A DNA stretch of 64,000 nucleotides, from positions 1,289 to 65,288 of the forward strand of contig JAQSXC010000011.1 of NCBI GenBank assembly GCA_029266335.1, given 5' to 3'. The stretch's first letter is position 1; every line of letters starts with the position of its first letter. Positions 48,721 to 58,775 of this stretch are shown piece after piece. A program made the translations under genes and the position numbers. Below the pieces are notes generated by a model that worked only from the letters and a program-made list of their open reading frames with translations, was not told the origin of the DNA and ran no database searches. This stretch comes from Eubacterium sp. (GTDB lineage: Bacteria > Bacillota > Clostridia > Acetivibrionales > DSM-1351).

Positions 48721-49293
48721 TTGACATTGCCAAAGATCAATAAAACAAGATATGCCATACTTGGTGTTCTAAGTATGGCTCCGGGTTCAGGTTATGATAT
48801 TAAGAAAAATTGTGATAAGGGTATATCATTTTTCTGGAACGAAAATTTTGGACATATTTATCCTGTTCTGAAGCAGATGGAAAAGGACGGAGCAATTACA
48901 AAGAAAGTTGAGCAAAATGAAGGAAGGCCTCCGCGTAATGTTTATTTTATTACCGAAAAAGGGAGAGATGAACTTACCGTTTGGTTGATTAGTCCGACCA
49001 GTCAGACGCCTCAGAGGTTGGAGCTGTTACTTAAGCTGACCTTTGCCAAAATTATTCCTTCAGATACTATAATTAAGGAACTGGAGCGAATAAAAGAAAG
49101 CCACAGCAGGAATTTGGAGAAGTTTAGCAAAATAGAGCTGGAGTATATGCGGAATAAAGAAGTGCAGGAGGATGAAGGATATCCATACTGGCTTTCAACT
49201 CTCCGCTATGGCATATACGACGCTGAATTCAGAATTAAATGGTGTGATGAAACAATTGAACGTATACGTAGTCATAGTGCAAAAAATAAATAA
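48721..49293 (+). CDS. PadR family regulator (long form with C-terminal helical domain)
   Basis: YAILGVL, SGYDIKK, FWNENFGHIYPVL, RNVYFITEKG. Confidence 0.92.
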   Translation: MTLPKINKTRYAILGVLSMAPGSGYDIKKNCDKGISFFWNENFGHIYPVLKQMEKDGAITKKVEQNEGRPPRNVYFITEKGRDELTVWLISPTSQTPQRLELLLKLTFAKIIPSDTIIKELERIKESHSRNLEKFSKIELEYMRNKEVQEDEGYPYWLSTLRYGIYDAEFRIKWCDETIERIRSHSAKNK

Positions 49294-49320
49294 ATCACTA
49301 AATAAATTTTTTTACTCCTA

Positions 49321-49339
49321 ATATATCTTAATGATATAT
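49321..49339 (+). promoter_or_regulatory. Second copy of the candidate PadR operator
   Basis: ATATATCT-TAA-TGATATAT, 24 nt before the glycosyltransferase start. Confidence 0.6.
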
Positions 49340-49363
49340 TAGTGAATGATATAAGGAGGTATA

Positions 49364-50551
49364 ATGTCCAGAATTTTATTTTTAAACGGAAGTGCTCATG
49401 GGCACATTAATCCTACACTTCCTGTAGTAAAGGAATTAGTACATAGAGGCCATACGGTCATTTATTTCTCAACGGTAGAATTTAAGGAAAAGATTGAAGC
49501 TGCAGGAGCAGAATTTGTGGATTATGGGGAAAAAGTATATGAATTTTTTCAAAGCTATAAACCGGCTGGCACTCACCCTTTTTTTACTCTTATAGATTTC
49601 ATGCTTAAAATGGACAGAGTTGTGGTTCCAATAGTTTTGGAATGGCTCAGTGCTAAAGAAATAGATTTTATAGTACATGATGCCATGTTTGGAGCCGGAA
49701 ATATAATAGCTAAAAAGTTAAACCTGCCGGCTATCTGTTCCTGCACTTCCTTTGCAATGAATAAACTGCCTTTACCGTTAAATATGCTTGAGCCGGGCTT
49801 CCATCCGCAGCTGGATTTGTTATACCGGGATTTAAAGGATGCCCGACTGGAATGGGGTTTTGAAAAACTTGATATAACGGACATATTTTTTAAAAAGGAA
49901 GATGCAAACCTTGTTTTTACCTCAAGATGTTTTCAACCCAATGCAGCTGGTTTTGATGAGAGTTTTAAATTTGTCGGGCCATCAATAGCACCAAGAGCCG
50001 ATATTTTTGATTTTCCACCGGAAGAAATAGAGAAGGGCACGGTCATTTATATTTCCATGGGGACTATCAATAACGGCTGCATTGACTTTTATTTAAAATG
50101 TATTGAGGCTTTTAAAGAATCAAAGTATAAGATAATTATGTCTGTAGGTAATAAAGCTGATATTGGGCAATTGGGAGAAATTCCGCATAACTTTATTGTT
50201 AGAAAGCATGTTCCGCAGCTTGAAGTATTAAAGAAAACTGATGTTTTTATAAGTCACGGAGGACTTAATAGCGTGAGTGAGGCTTTGTATTATGGTGTTC
50301 CTGTAATAGCAATACCTCAGGCAAATGACCAGCCCATGGTTGCCCGTCAGCTGGTAAATCTCGGAGCAGGCCTGTATCTTGATATGGCTAATGTCACTGC
50401 AGAACTCTTAAGGGATACTGTTAGCGAAATGGTATCTGATTGCAGCTATAAAAAGAACAGCAGAGATTTGGGAAAATCCTTTATACAGGCGGGCGGATAT
50501 ATGGCTGCTGCAGAATATATTATCGGGAAAGGAACAATAAATAACCGTTAA
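49364..50551 (+). CDS. MGT-family (GT1) UDP-glycosyltransferase
   Basis: HGHINPTL, FVGP, YISMGT, VPQLEVL..FISHGGLNSVSEAL..GVP...DQ. Confidence 0.92.
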   Translation: MSRILFLNGSAHGHINPTLPVVKELVHRGHTVIYFSTVEFKEKIEAAGAEFVDYGEKVYEFFQSYKPAGTHPFFTLIDFMLKMDRVVVPIVLEWLSAKEIDFIVHDAMFGAGNIIAKKLNLPAICSCTSFAMNKLPLPLNMLEPGFHPQLDLLYRDLKDARLEWGFEKLDITDIFFKKEDANLVFTSRCFQPNAAGFDESFKFVGPSIAPRADIFDFPPEEIEKGTVIYISMGTINNGCIDFYLKCIEAFKESKYKIIMSVGNKADIGQLGEIPHNFIVRKHVPQLEVLKKTDVFISHGGLNSVSEALYYGVPVIAIPQANDQPMVARQLVNLGAGLYLDMANVTAELLRDTVSEMVSDCSYKKNSRDLGKSFIQAGGYMAAAEYIIGKGTINNR

Positions 50552-50681
50552 AGAAATTTAAAAAGTTGCAGGGTAACACTATAAAATGTCGAACTTTTAA
50601 TTAGATTTTATTAATTACCAACGCAAAAGATCTAATTGTGAAATGGTAATACAAAAATTTTATATGCGGAGAGTGAATGCC

Positions 50682-52784
50682 ATGGAATACAAATATCCTT
50701 TTCAAAATCCCGAACTACCGGAGGAGCAAAGAATAGACAACTTTTTGTCCCTTCTGACAAAGGAAGAAAAGCTCTTGTGTCTGAACAGCCATAATATAGA
50801 TATCGACAGGCTTGGAGTCAAAATAGCAGGTCAGGTTGAGGGTTATCACGGCGCTGCCATGGGTGGACCCGGCAGATGGGGAGGAGAAAATCCAATTCCT
50901 ACTACTCAGTTTTGCCAGGCTTACGGACTTGGAGAAACCTGGGATCCGGATATTGTGAAGCAGGCAGCTGAAGCTGAGGCTATTGAATTCAGATACATCT
51001 TTCACAGACTTGGAAGAGGGGGGCTGGTAGTCAGAGCTCCGAATGCCGATTTGGGAAGAGACCCCAGATGGGGAAGAACAGAAGAGTGTTTCGGCGAAGA
51101 TCCATTTTTTAATGCCGAAATGTCTGTAGCTGTGGTTAAGGGTCTTCAGGGAGATCATCCCAAGTATATCCGTACTGCGGCACTTTTAAAGCATTTCCTC
51201 GGAAACAGTAATGAGGACACTCGTACAAGTTCCTCCTCTGATTTTGACGAACGCCTGTTCAGAGAGTATTATTCATATCCGTTTATGAAAGGTTTTACCG
51301 AGGGTAAGGCAAACTGTTACATGACGGCCTACAACAAATACAACGGCATCCCATGCATAATGCACCCCTTTATTAAGGACATTACTATTGCGGAATGGGG
51401 CTTGGACGGTATCGTATGTACTGACGGAGGCGCTCTTGGCCTTCTTGTGACTGACCATAAATATTTTGACAATAACAGGGATGCCACTGCAGCATGTATA
51501 AAGGCCGGAATCAGCCAATTCCTTGATAATCTTTACATTCAGGGAGTGGAGGAAGCTCTCGGTGAAGGAATAATCACTATAGATGAGATTGAAGAGGTTA
51601 TCAGAAGAAATTTCAGGATTATGATACGTCTTGGATTATTTGATCCAAAGGAAATGGTGCCTTATACTGAAGTCGGAGAAGTTGAACCCTGGAATTCAGA
51701 CCTGCATAAGTCCCTTGCCAGAAGGGTTACTCAAAAATCCATTGTTCTTCTTAAAAACCAGGAAAATCTGTTGCCTCTAGATGCAGATTCCCTGAATAGC
51801 ATTGCAGTTATAGGAAATAAGGCCGACAAGGTATTTTTGGATTGGTACAGCGGTGATTTACCTTACAGTGTGACGCCGTTGGAAGGGATTAAAAACAGAT
51901 TGGGCGGCAGGACAACAGTTACTTTTGTTTCTGACAACACCAATAATCAAGCCGTAAGTGCAGCAGAAAAGTCAGATGTGGCAATAGTAATCCTGGGCAA
52001 TGATCCCGTTTCGGGAAATTTGGACTGGGCAGTGACTCAGATGGACAGTGAAGGCAGAGAAGCTGCAGACAGGAAAACCATAACTCTTGAAACAGGGGAT
52101 GAGGAACTGCTGCAGCAGGTACTTAAGGCCAACAGGAATACTATTCTTGTATTGGTGTCAAATTTCCCTTATGCCATAAATAAAGCTCAGGACACCGTTA
52201 CGGCCATACTCCATATGACTCAGAACAGTCAGGAGATGGGAAATGCACTTGCAGATGTTATTTTTGGAGATTACAATCCTGCCGGACGTTTGGTGCAGAC
52301 CTGGCCAAAATCTCTTGAACAGGTACCTGATCTAATGGATTACAATATCCGCAATGGCAGAACCTATATGTATTTTCAGGGAGAACCTCTTTATCCTTTC
52401 GGTTTTGGACTTAGTTATACAAATTTTGAATATTCCAATCTAAACTTAAGTCCGGTCAAAATAAAGGAAGACGACACTATAACTGTTACCTTTGATGTCC
52501 GTAATTCGGGAAATAGAGATGGTGAAGAGGTTGCGCAACTATATGTTGAGCATATTGATTCCCTGGTTGAACGTCCCGGAAAAGAGTTAAAGGGTTTCAA
52601 ACGTGTTATGGTGAAAGCGGGAGAAAAGGTTACAGTGCGGTTGAATCTCTCTGCAAGAGATACAGCCTGCTGGAATGTTGATAAAAAATCCTGGATAGTG
52701 GAACCTGGAGATATAAGAATAAAAGTTGGAGGTTCGTCTGCCGAAGAGGATTTAAAGCTTAGTGGAGTTATTACCGTAGGCTGA
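50682..52784 (+). CDS. Cytoplasmic GH3 beta-glucosidase/xylosidase with FnIII domain
   Basis: RDPRWGRTEECFGED, LKHF, VCTDGG nucleophile, SIVLLKN, YPFGFGLSYT, ELKGFKRV; no signal peptide. Confidence 0.9.
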   Translation: MEYKYPFQNPELPEEQRIDNFLSLLTKEEKLLCLNSHNIDIDRLGVKIAGQVEGYHGAAMGGPGRWGGENPIPTTQFCQAYGLGETWDPDIVKQAAEAEAIEFRYIFHRLGRGGLVVRAPNADLGRDPRWGRTEECFGEDPFFNAEMSVAVVKGLQGDHPKYIRTAALLKHFLGNSNEDTRTSSSSDFDERLFREYYSYPFMKGFTEGKANCYMTAYNKYNGIPCIMHPFIKDITIAEWGLDGIVCTDGGALGLLVTDHKYFDNNRDATAACIKAGISQFLDNLYIQGVEEALGEGIITIDEIEEVIRRNFRIMIRLGLFDPKEMVPYTEVGEVEPWNSDLHKSLARRVTQKSIVLLKNQENLLPLDADSLNSIAVIGNKADKVFLDWYSGDLPYSVTPLEGIKNRLGGRTTVTFVSDNTNNQAVSAAEKSDVAIVILGNDPVSGNLDWAVTQMDSEGREAADRKTITLETGDEELLQQVLKANRNTILVLVSNFPYAINKAQDTVTAILHMTQNSQEMGNALADVIFGDYNPAGRLVQTWPKSLEQVPDLMDYNIRNGRTYMYFQGEPLYPFGFGLSYTNFEYSNLNLSPVKIKEDDTITVTFDVRNSGNRDGEEVAQLYVEHIDSLVERPGKELKGFKRVMVKAGEKVTVRLNLSARDTACWNVDKKSWIVEPGDIRIKVGGSSAEEDLKLSGVITVG

Positions 52785-52845
52785 ACATACACTGCCTTTC
52801 CCGTAAGCTAAGCATAGGATACCTTGACCGTGGTATTGTGCCAGC

Positions 52846-52888
52846 TTGACAATGGGAAATAATTTAAGTAAAATGAGAATGATTATCA
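52846..52888 (+). promoter_or_regulatory. Sigma-A promoter with an overlapping Fur box
   Basis: TTGACA-N17-TAAAAT; TGAGAATGATTATCA (52874-52888) has one mismatch to the 7-1-7 Fur consensus. Confidence 0.8.
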
Positions 52889-52926
52889 ATTGTGGTGAAT
52901 TATCAAAAAGGTGTTAAAGGATAAAT

Positions 52927-53763
52927 ATGGCAGCAGACATTAATGATTTAATCATTCGGTATACAAGGGTCTCATTTGAAATTGACAGTATATATGAATT
53001 GATTGTTCCTGCAAATACCAAAGCTTATGGCAGCAGGACAATGAAAGGTGTATGCGGTTTCCTCATTCCCACAAGAGGCAAGGCGAGATTTAATATAGAA
53101 GGTCAGGTATATGAATTGGAACCCGGCATTATTTTTCATGCGGGTTCCAATTTTTTGTTGGATAAGGAGGTAGTAGGAGAAGCAGACTGGGAATATACCC
53201 TTATTCACTACAGAATAGAAGGGCCGCCTGGTGACAGGGCTTATTTTGAAAACCTGCACTATTCCCTGAATATAGGCATCAATCATTATAATTACATAAT
53301 AGGTCTTGCTCACCAACTGCGGGAGAGTGAGCTGAAGGCCGGAATTATTAACAGATTAAAAAGTAAAGTGATGTTTTATGGTCTTCTGGAAAATATTCTT
53401 CAGCATGCCCAGGAAAAAAATCATAACTCTGATGAGGAGCTGATAAGGTCAGTTATTTATTATATTGAGAATAATTATAATAAAAATCTGACTGTGAATG
53501 ATCTTGCAGGCAAATACAATATTGACAGCAAAAGGTTTTATTATTTATTTCAAAAATCTGTTGGAATGTGCACAAAACAATATATAATGAGATGCAGAAT
53601 AAATAGAGCCAAAGAATTACTCATGCATGAACAGTATAATATATGCGATATAGCAAACTTTATTGGCTATGAGGATGCATTTCACTTCAGCAGGATGTTT
53701 AAAAAAAGTACGGGCTTGTCTCCCAGTGATTTTCGAAAAAAATTCGGAAAAAATTCATGGTGA
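52927..53763 (+). CDS. AraC family transcriptional regulator
   Basis: N-terminal cupin-like domain; C-terminal RINRAKELL...IANFIGYEDAFHFSRMFKKSTGLSPSDFR. Confidence 0.93.
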   Translation: MAADINDLIIRYTRVSFEIDSIYELIVPANTKAYGSRTMKGVCGFLIPTRGKARFNIEGQVYELEPGIIFHAGSNFLLDKEVVGEADWEYTLIHYRIEGPPGDRAYFENLHYSLNIGINHYNYIIGLAHQLRESELKAGIINRLKSKVMFYGLLENILQHAQEKNHNSDEELIRSVIYYIENNYNKNLTVNDLAGKYNIDSKRFYYLFQKSVGMCTKQYIMRCRINRAKELLMHEQYNICDIANFIGYEDAFHFSRMFKKSTGLSPSDFRKKFGKNSW

Positions 53764-53821
53764 TTTAGGAAAAATACTATTCTGGCTAATTTGAATATGT
53801 GTTATATTTTTATCTGTCAAA

Positions 53822-53842
53822 TGAAAATGATAATCATTATCA
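53822..53842 (+). promoter_or_regulatory. Fur box (perfect, with overlapping second site)
   Basis: TGATAATCATTATCA at 53828-53842, preceded by TGAAAA. Confidence 0.88.
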
Positions 53843-53869
53843 AGTTGTATAAATCTAAGGAGACAATTT

Positions 53870-54913
53870 ATGAAAAAGCAATTAAGTTTATTTTTAATGA
53901 CAGCTATAATATCTGCATCACTTCTGGGATGTGGCAGCAGCAAAGAGACTTCGGAAGTTTCTGTAAATAGCAGTGCTGCAGAATCCGTGGCTGCAGAAAC
54001 TTCGCAAACCGGCAACACAGCTACAGAGGGTTCAACAGCAGGGGCCACAGCAGCTGATGCAAATAATATAAAGTATCCGTATAAGTATGTTGATGCTGCA
54101 AACCGTAAAATAACCATAGGTAAACAGCCTGTAAAAGTATCAATCAGTTATTTGCCGCACTGGGAAACTCTAATGATGCTGGATGTAATGCCGATTGCAA
54201 CAACACAGGCAAAACACTATGCCCAAACCTGGGATCCGTTTAAAAGTATGGATCTGAGCTCTGTTGTGGATTTGGGTAACAATGAAGTCAATCTGGAATT
54301 ACTTGCAGATCTTGAACCTGACATTATTCTGGAGCAATCCTATGATATAAACAAAATTGATGTGGGTAATCTTGAAAAAATAGCGCCAGTTGTGGTTTTC
54401 GGAGAAAAGGTGAAGATGGATTGGAGATATTCCATCAGAGAAATAGCCAAGGTGGTCGGAAAAAACAAACGTGCCGAGGAAGTAATTTCGGAGATTGATA
54501 AAAAGCTTGCTGATTCCAGAGTAAAGTTAAAGGAAGGCTATAGTGACAAAAAAGTCATGCTGATGTCCTTAATGGGAAAAGACAGGTATTTCTGTGCATA
54601 CCGTCCTGATTTGTATGATCAGGAAAAAGGTTTGGGTCTGAATGCACCAAAAGGTTTTCCCACAGAAGAAACTTACATACAGGTATCAATGGAAGCACTG
54701 GTTGAAATGAATCCGGATTATCTTTTTGTAAATGTATTTGATGGAGATGAAGCCCTGCTGGAGGAACTGTCTCAGAACTCGGTTTGGAAGTCGCTTAAAG
54801 CCGTAAAAGATGGACATGTGTTTACACTCGACGGATCGGGCCACGCTTGCAGCGTTACCTCCACTGTGCATACTGTAGATTTTATTGTAGAAACTCTGTT
54901 AGCTAATAAATAA
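53870..54913 (+). CDS. Iron-chelate (siderophore/heme/cobalamin class) ABC substrate-binding lipoprotein
   Basis: Lipobox LLGC, NLELLADLEPDII, LEKIAPVV, SMEAL..NPDYLF, WKSLKAVKDGHV. Confidence 0.9.
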   Translation: MKKQLSLFLMTAIISASLLGCGSSKETSEVSVNSSAAESVAAETSQTGNTATEGSTAGATAADANNIKYPYKYVDAANRKITIGKQPVKVSISYLPHWETLMMLDVMPIATTQAKHYAQTWDPFKSMDLSSVVDLGNNEVNLELLADLEPDIILEQSYDINKIDVGNLEKIAPVVVFGEKVKMDWRYSIREIAKVVGKNKRAEEVISEIDKKLADSRVKLKEGYSDKKVMLMSLMGKDRYFCAYRPDLYDQEKGLGLNAPKGFPTEETYIQVSMEALVEMNPDYLFVNVFDGDEALLEELSQNSVWKSLKAVKDGHVFTLDGSGHACSVTSTVHTVDFIVETLLANK

Positions 54914-54922
54914 GAAAAATGT

Positions 54923-54976
54923 AGGCAGATTTCCATATGAAATTTATCATGAGTATGGGAATCTGCCTTTTGTTTT
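54923..54976 (+). terminator. Stem-loop with T tail after the binding-protein gene (partial terminator or stabiliser)
   Basis: AGGCAGATTTCCATA / TATGGGAATCTGCCT + TTTGTTTT. Confidence 0.7.
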
Positions 54977-55026
54977 ATATAGTCATTTAAATGATTTACA
55001 AAACAAAATCATAAGGAAATCAGATC

Positions 55027-56064
55027 ATGACAGAAAATAATATAAAGTTAAGGATAAACAGGAGTAACAACAAAACGTTTAAAGCCTGTTTAATTATATT
55101 TTCGGGAAGTGCCGCACTGTTGCTGCTAATGCTCATATCCATCACTCAGGGAGCCGCAGGAATTCCATTATCAACGGTAATTGAAGCCTTTACAAATATG
55201 GATGTCAATAATCCGAGACATCTTCTTGCGGTGGATATGCGGTTGCCAAGAGTAATTGCCGCCGCCCTGGTAGGAAGTGCGTTGGCTGTTTCGGGTTCGC
55301 TTATGCAGGGAATGACCCGTAATCCCCTGGCTGATTCCGGTCTGATGGGTTTAAGCTCAGGGTCGGGTCTTGCACTTGCAATATGCTTTGCTTTTTTAAC
55401 CGGAATAAGCTATACACAAATCGTCTTGATGTCATTTATGGGTGCCGGCCTTGGTGCTGTGAGCGTTTACACAATAAGCAATCTTGTGCCGGGGGGAAAC
55501 AATCCCATGAAGCTGATATTATCAGGAGCAGCTGTCAGCACCCTGTTGTCTGCACTCAGTCAGGGAATTGCCATAAGTGCAAAAGCTTCGCAGAACTTGG
55601 CATTCTGGACCCTGGGCAGTGTTTCGGGAACAAGCTGGAATCAGATAAAGATAGTCGCTCCGGTCATACTTGCTTCTCTTGCTGCATCCATAGCTCTCTC
55701 CCGAAGTATATCGGTGCTGAATATGGGAGAAGAGGTAGCCGGCGGATTAGGGCTTAGAATAAAACATGTTAAGTTTATAGGAACTCTTCTTGTGGTGTTG
55801 TTGGCAGGAACCTCTGTGGCACTGGCGGGAATAATAGCCTTTGTAGGAATGCTTGTACCTCATCTGGCAAGATTCGCGGTCGGACCTGATTATCGATTGA
55901 TAATACCTGCAAGTGCTGTATTGGGTGCAATTCTGCTGGTTGCTGCCGACATTGTGGCAAAAACCCTTCATCCTCCTGTTGAAATACCCATTGGAGCAAT
56001 TATTTCTCTATTGGGAGTACCGGTATTCCTTTATTTTGCAAAAAAACAAAAGAGGGGGATGTAG
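55027..56064 (+). CDS. FecCD-family iron ABC permease
   Basis: RLPR, MQGMTRNPLAD, G.IAFVGMLVPHLAR, EIPIG. Confidence 0.95.
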   Translation: MTENNIKLRINRSNNKTFKACLIIFSGSAALLLLMLISITQGAAGIPLSTVIEAFTNMDVNNPRHLLAVDMRLPRVIAAALVGSALAVSGSLMQGMTRNPLADSGLMGLSSGSGLALAICFAFLTGISYTQIVLMSFMGAGLGAVSVYTISNLVPGGNNPMKLILSGAAVSTLLSALSQGIAISAKASQNLAFWTLGSVSGTSWNQIKIVAPVILASLAASIALSRSISVLNMGEEVAGGLGLRIKHVKFIGTLLVVLLAGTSVALAGIIAFVGMLVPHLARFAVGPDYRLIIPASAVLGAILLVAADIVAKTLHPPVEIPIGAIISLLGVPVFLYFAKKQKRGM

Positions 56065-56066
56065 AA

Positions 56067-57083
56067 ATGAAATCTAAAAACAAGCATACCAGAACACTGG
56101 CTATCATAGGAATACTTGCACCCGTATTATTTTTCATAAGTCTTAATGCCGGCTATATGGATCTGAATATAGGCGATATTATGAGAATATTGACTGGAGG
56201 AGGTTCAGCAAAAGAAAACCTGTTCGTGCTGGAATTCAGAATGCCGAGAATTGTAATTGCAATGCTGGTAGGAATGGGTCTTTCACTGGCAGGCTGCGTT
56301 ATTCAGAGTATAACCCGGAACCCTCTGGCTGACCCCGGAATATTGGGGATTAATGCAGGTGCGGGAATTATAGTTATTATTTTTATTTTGCTGAACGGAA
56401 CTTTAACCTTTGCTTCAACTTTTGCGCTGCCCTTTCTTTCTTTTTTAGGTGCAGCCCTTACAGGATGTATCATATATGGATTATCACTTAATAAAAAAAC
56501 GGGTATGCAGCCGACTCGTCTGGTCTTGAATGGTGTTGCAATCCAGGCGGGTATAAATGCATTTATGACTCTGATAGTTATTCAGTTGGATGATACTCAG
56601 CATGACTTTCTGGTGAAATGGCAGGCAGGAAGCATATGGAGCTCCAATTGGGAATTGGTAGCTGCATTGCTTCCCTGGATTGCTATTGGAATTATAATAC
56701 TTATATTTAATGCAAAGAAACTGGATGTGCTCTCCATGGGAGACGAGATATCCTGCGGGTTGGGCGTTACTGTATCCCATGAAAAGCGTAAGCTGCTGTT
56801 TACGGCCATGGCTCTGGCGGCTGCCTCGGTAGCTTCCAGCGGAAGTATAAGTTTTGTAGGATTGATGGCACCGCATTTATCAAGAAGACTTGTTGGTGCA
56901 AGGCACGGCATTCTGATTCCTACATGTGCATTGGTAGGTGCACTGCTGGTATTAGCTGCCGATACTGTTGCAAGAACAATTGCCAAACCGTCCGAAATCC
57001 CTACCGGTGTTGTAGTATCTCTGTTGGGAGCGCCATATTTTATCTGTCTTCTGATATCCAATAGAAAGAAGAGCTTGAAATAG
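56067..57083 (+). CDS. FecCD-family iron ABC permease
   Basis: RMPR, QSITRNPLADPGILG, ISFVGLMAPH, EIPTG..GAPYF. Confidence 0.95.
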   Translation: MKSKNKHTRTLAIIGILAPVLFFISLNAGYMDLNIGDIMRILTGGGSAKENLFVLEFRMPRIVIAMLVGMGLSLAGCVIQSITRNPLADPGILGINAGAGIIVIIFILLNGTLTFASTFALPFLSFLGAALTGCIIYGLSLNKKTGMQPTRLVLNGVAIQAGINAFMTLIVIQLDDTQHDFLVKWQAGSIWSSNWELVAALLPWIAIGIIILIFNAKKLDVLSMGDEISCGLGVTVSHEKRKLLFTAMALAAASVASSGSISFVGLMAPHLSRRLVGARHGILIPTCALVGALLVLAADTVARTIAKPSEIPTGVVVSLLGAPYFICLLISNRKKSLK

Positions 57084-57150
57084 TTTGAGATCAAAATCCC
57101 GGTAAATAATTAATATTTTATGGCTGCTATGCGGCTTATGTGAGGTTAAA

Positions 57151-57993
57151 ATGAGTGAAAACCTGAAAATAAATAGTATAAATGTGGACAGAATTGAAGT
57201 TGCATATACCAATAAAAAAGTAATTGAAGGCTTGAGTATCAATATTCCGGCCCAAAAAATCACAACAATCATAGGACCCAACGGATGTGGAAAATCAACC
57301 CTTTTAAAAGCCATGGGACGCATCATCGGTGTGGAAAAGGGATCAATATGTCTGGACTGCAAAGACATTCACAAGTTGTCCACCAGGGAACTGGCAAAGA
57401 AATTGGCCATATTGCCGCAGTCTCCTGCAGCTCCGGAAGGAATGACTGTAGAGGAATTGGTTTCCTATGGCAGATTTCCATACCAATCAGGCCTTGGAAG
57501 GCTTAAAAAAGAAGATGAAAGTATTATTAATTGGGCAATTGAAGCGACGAATCTCACAGGACTGAACGACAGAGCTGTGGAAAGTCTGTCCGGAGGACAA
57601 AGACAGCGCGTTTGGATTGCCATGGCATTGGCACAGCAAACCGGTATTATATTGTTGGATGAACCTACTACATACCTGGATATGGCTTATCAATTGGAGG
57701 TTCTGGAGCTGCTTGATGAATTAAACAAACAGCATGAATGTACAATTGTTATGGTTCTTCACGATATTAATCTGGCTGCGAAATTTGCGGATTTTCTCAT
57801 AGCAATTAAGGACGGAAAAATCATCAGTGCCGGAAGTCCATATGAAGTCATGACAAAAGATGTATTGAGGGATGTCTATAATATTGATGCAAATATTGTT
57901 GCAGACGAGTGTTTTAAACACCCTGTATGTATGTCCTACCAGTTGTTGACCAAAAGAAAGCCTGCTGGGCAAACCGTTTTAAGAGGTGCTTAA
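57151..57993 (+). CDS. FhuC/FecE-type iron ABC ATP-binding protein
   Basis: [42 protein letters not shown]. Confidence 0.95.
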   Translation: MSENLKINSINVDRIEVAYTNKKVIEGLSINIPAQKITTIIGPNGCGKSTLLKAMGRIIGVEKGSICLDCKDIHKLSTRELAKKLAILPQSPAAPEGMTVEELVSYGRFPYQSGLGRLKKEDESIINWAIEATNLTGLNDRAVESLSGGQRQRVWIAMALAQQTGIILLDEPTTYLDMAYQLEVLELLDELNKQHECTIVMVLHDINLAAKFADFLIAIKDGKIISAGSPYEVMTKDVLRDVYNIDANIVADECFKHPVCMSYQLLTKRKPAGQTVLRGA

Positions 57994-58012
57994 TGTTTAT
58001 AGGGAGGTTTCA

Positions 58013-58753
58013 ATGAAGAAATTAGCCATATATGGAAAGGGCGGTATCGGTAAATCGACAACAGTATCCAATCTGTCAGCCGCTCTTGCAATGAGGGGAT
58101 TAAAGGTTATGCAGATTGGCTGCGACCCGAAAGCCGATTCCACAAGGAATCTTACACAGGGAAAGAATATACCCACTGTACTGGATGTCCTGCGGCAGAA
58201 GGATAAAATACAGTTGGAGGATATTGTCACAGTTGGGGATTTGGAGGTGCTGTGTGTGGAGGCAGGCGGACCGGTACCCGGAGTAGGTTGTGCCGGACGG
58301 GGAATAATAACAGCTTTTGAAAAACTTGAAGAGCTTAATGCCTTTAAGACCTTTGAACCGGATATTGTTATTTATGATGTACTGGGGGATGTTGTTTGCG
58401 GCGGGTTTGCTATGCCCATAAGAGGTGGTTATGCTGATAATGTCTGTATTGTGACTTCAGGTGAGATGATGTCTCTGTATGCTGCAAATAATATCGCATA
58501 TGCCGTAAAGAATTTTGGGAAACGGGGATATGCCTCACTAAAGGGATTGATTTTTAATGCCAAGAATTTTGAAAATGAAGATAAGCTGGTTAATGATGCA
58601 GCCAGGGAAATAGAGACAAATGTAATTTATAAAATCCCCCGCAATCCCTTGATCCAAATAGCTGAAGAGGATGGAAAAACCGTAGTATGTAAATTCCCGG
58701 AAAGCGATATGGCAAAGGATTATACCAGGCTGTCATACTTGTTGTTTGATTAA
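58013..58753 (+). CDS. NifH-like (nitrogenase-like, Nfl) iron protein
   Basis: [45 protein letters not shown]; shorter C-terminus than NifH; GGAGG RBS before ATG 58013. Confidence 0.93.
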   Translation: MKKLAIYGKGGIGKSTTVSNLSAALAMRGLKVMQIGCDPKADSTRNLTQGKNIPTVLDVLRQKDKIQLEDIVTVGDLEVLCVEAGGPVPGVGCAGRGIITAFEKLEELNAFKTFEPDIVIYDVLGDVVCGGFAMPIRGGYADNVCIVTSGEMMSLYAANNIAYAVKNFGKRGYASLKGLIFNAKNFENEDKLVNDAAREIETNVIYKIPRNPLIQIAEEDGKTVVCKFPESDMAKDYTRLSYLLFD

Positions 58754-58775
58754 AATTTAAGGAGCTTTATGTTTT

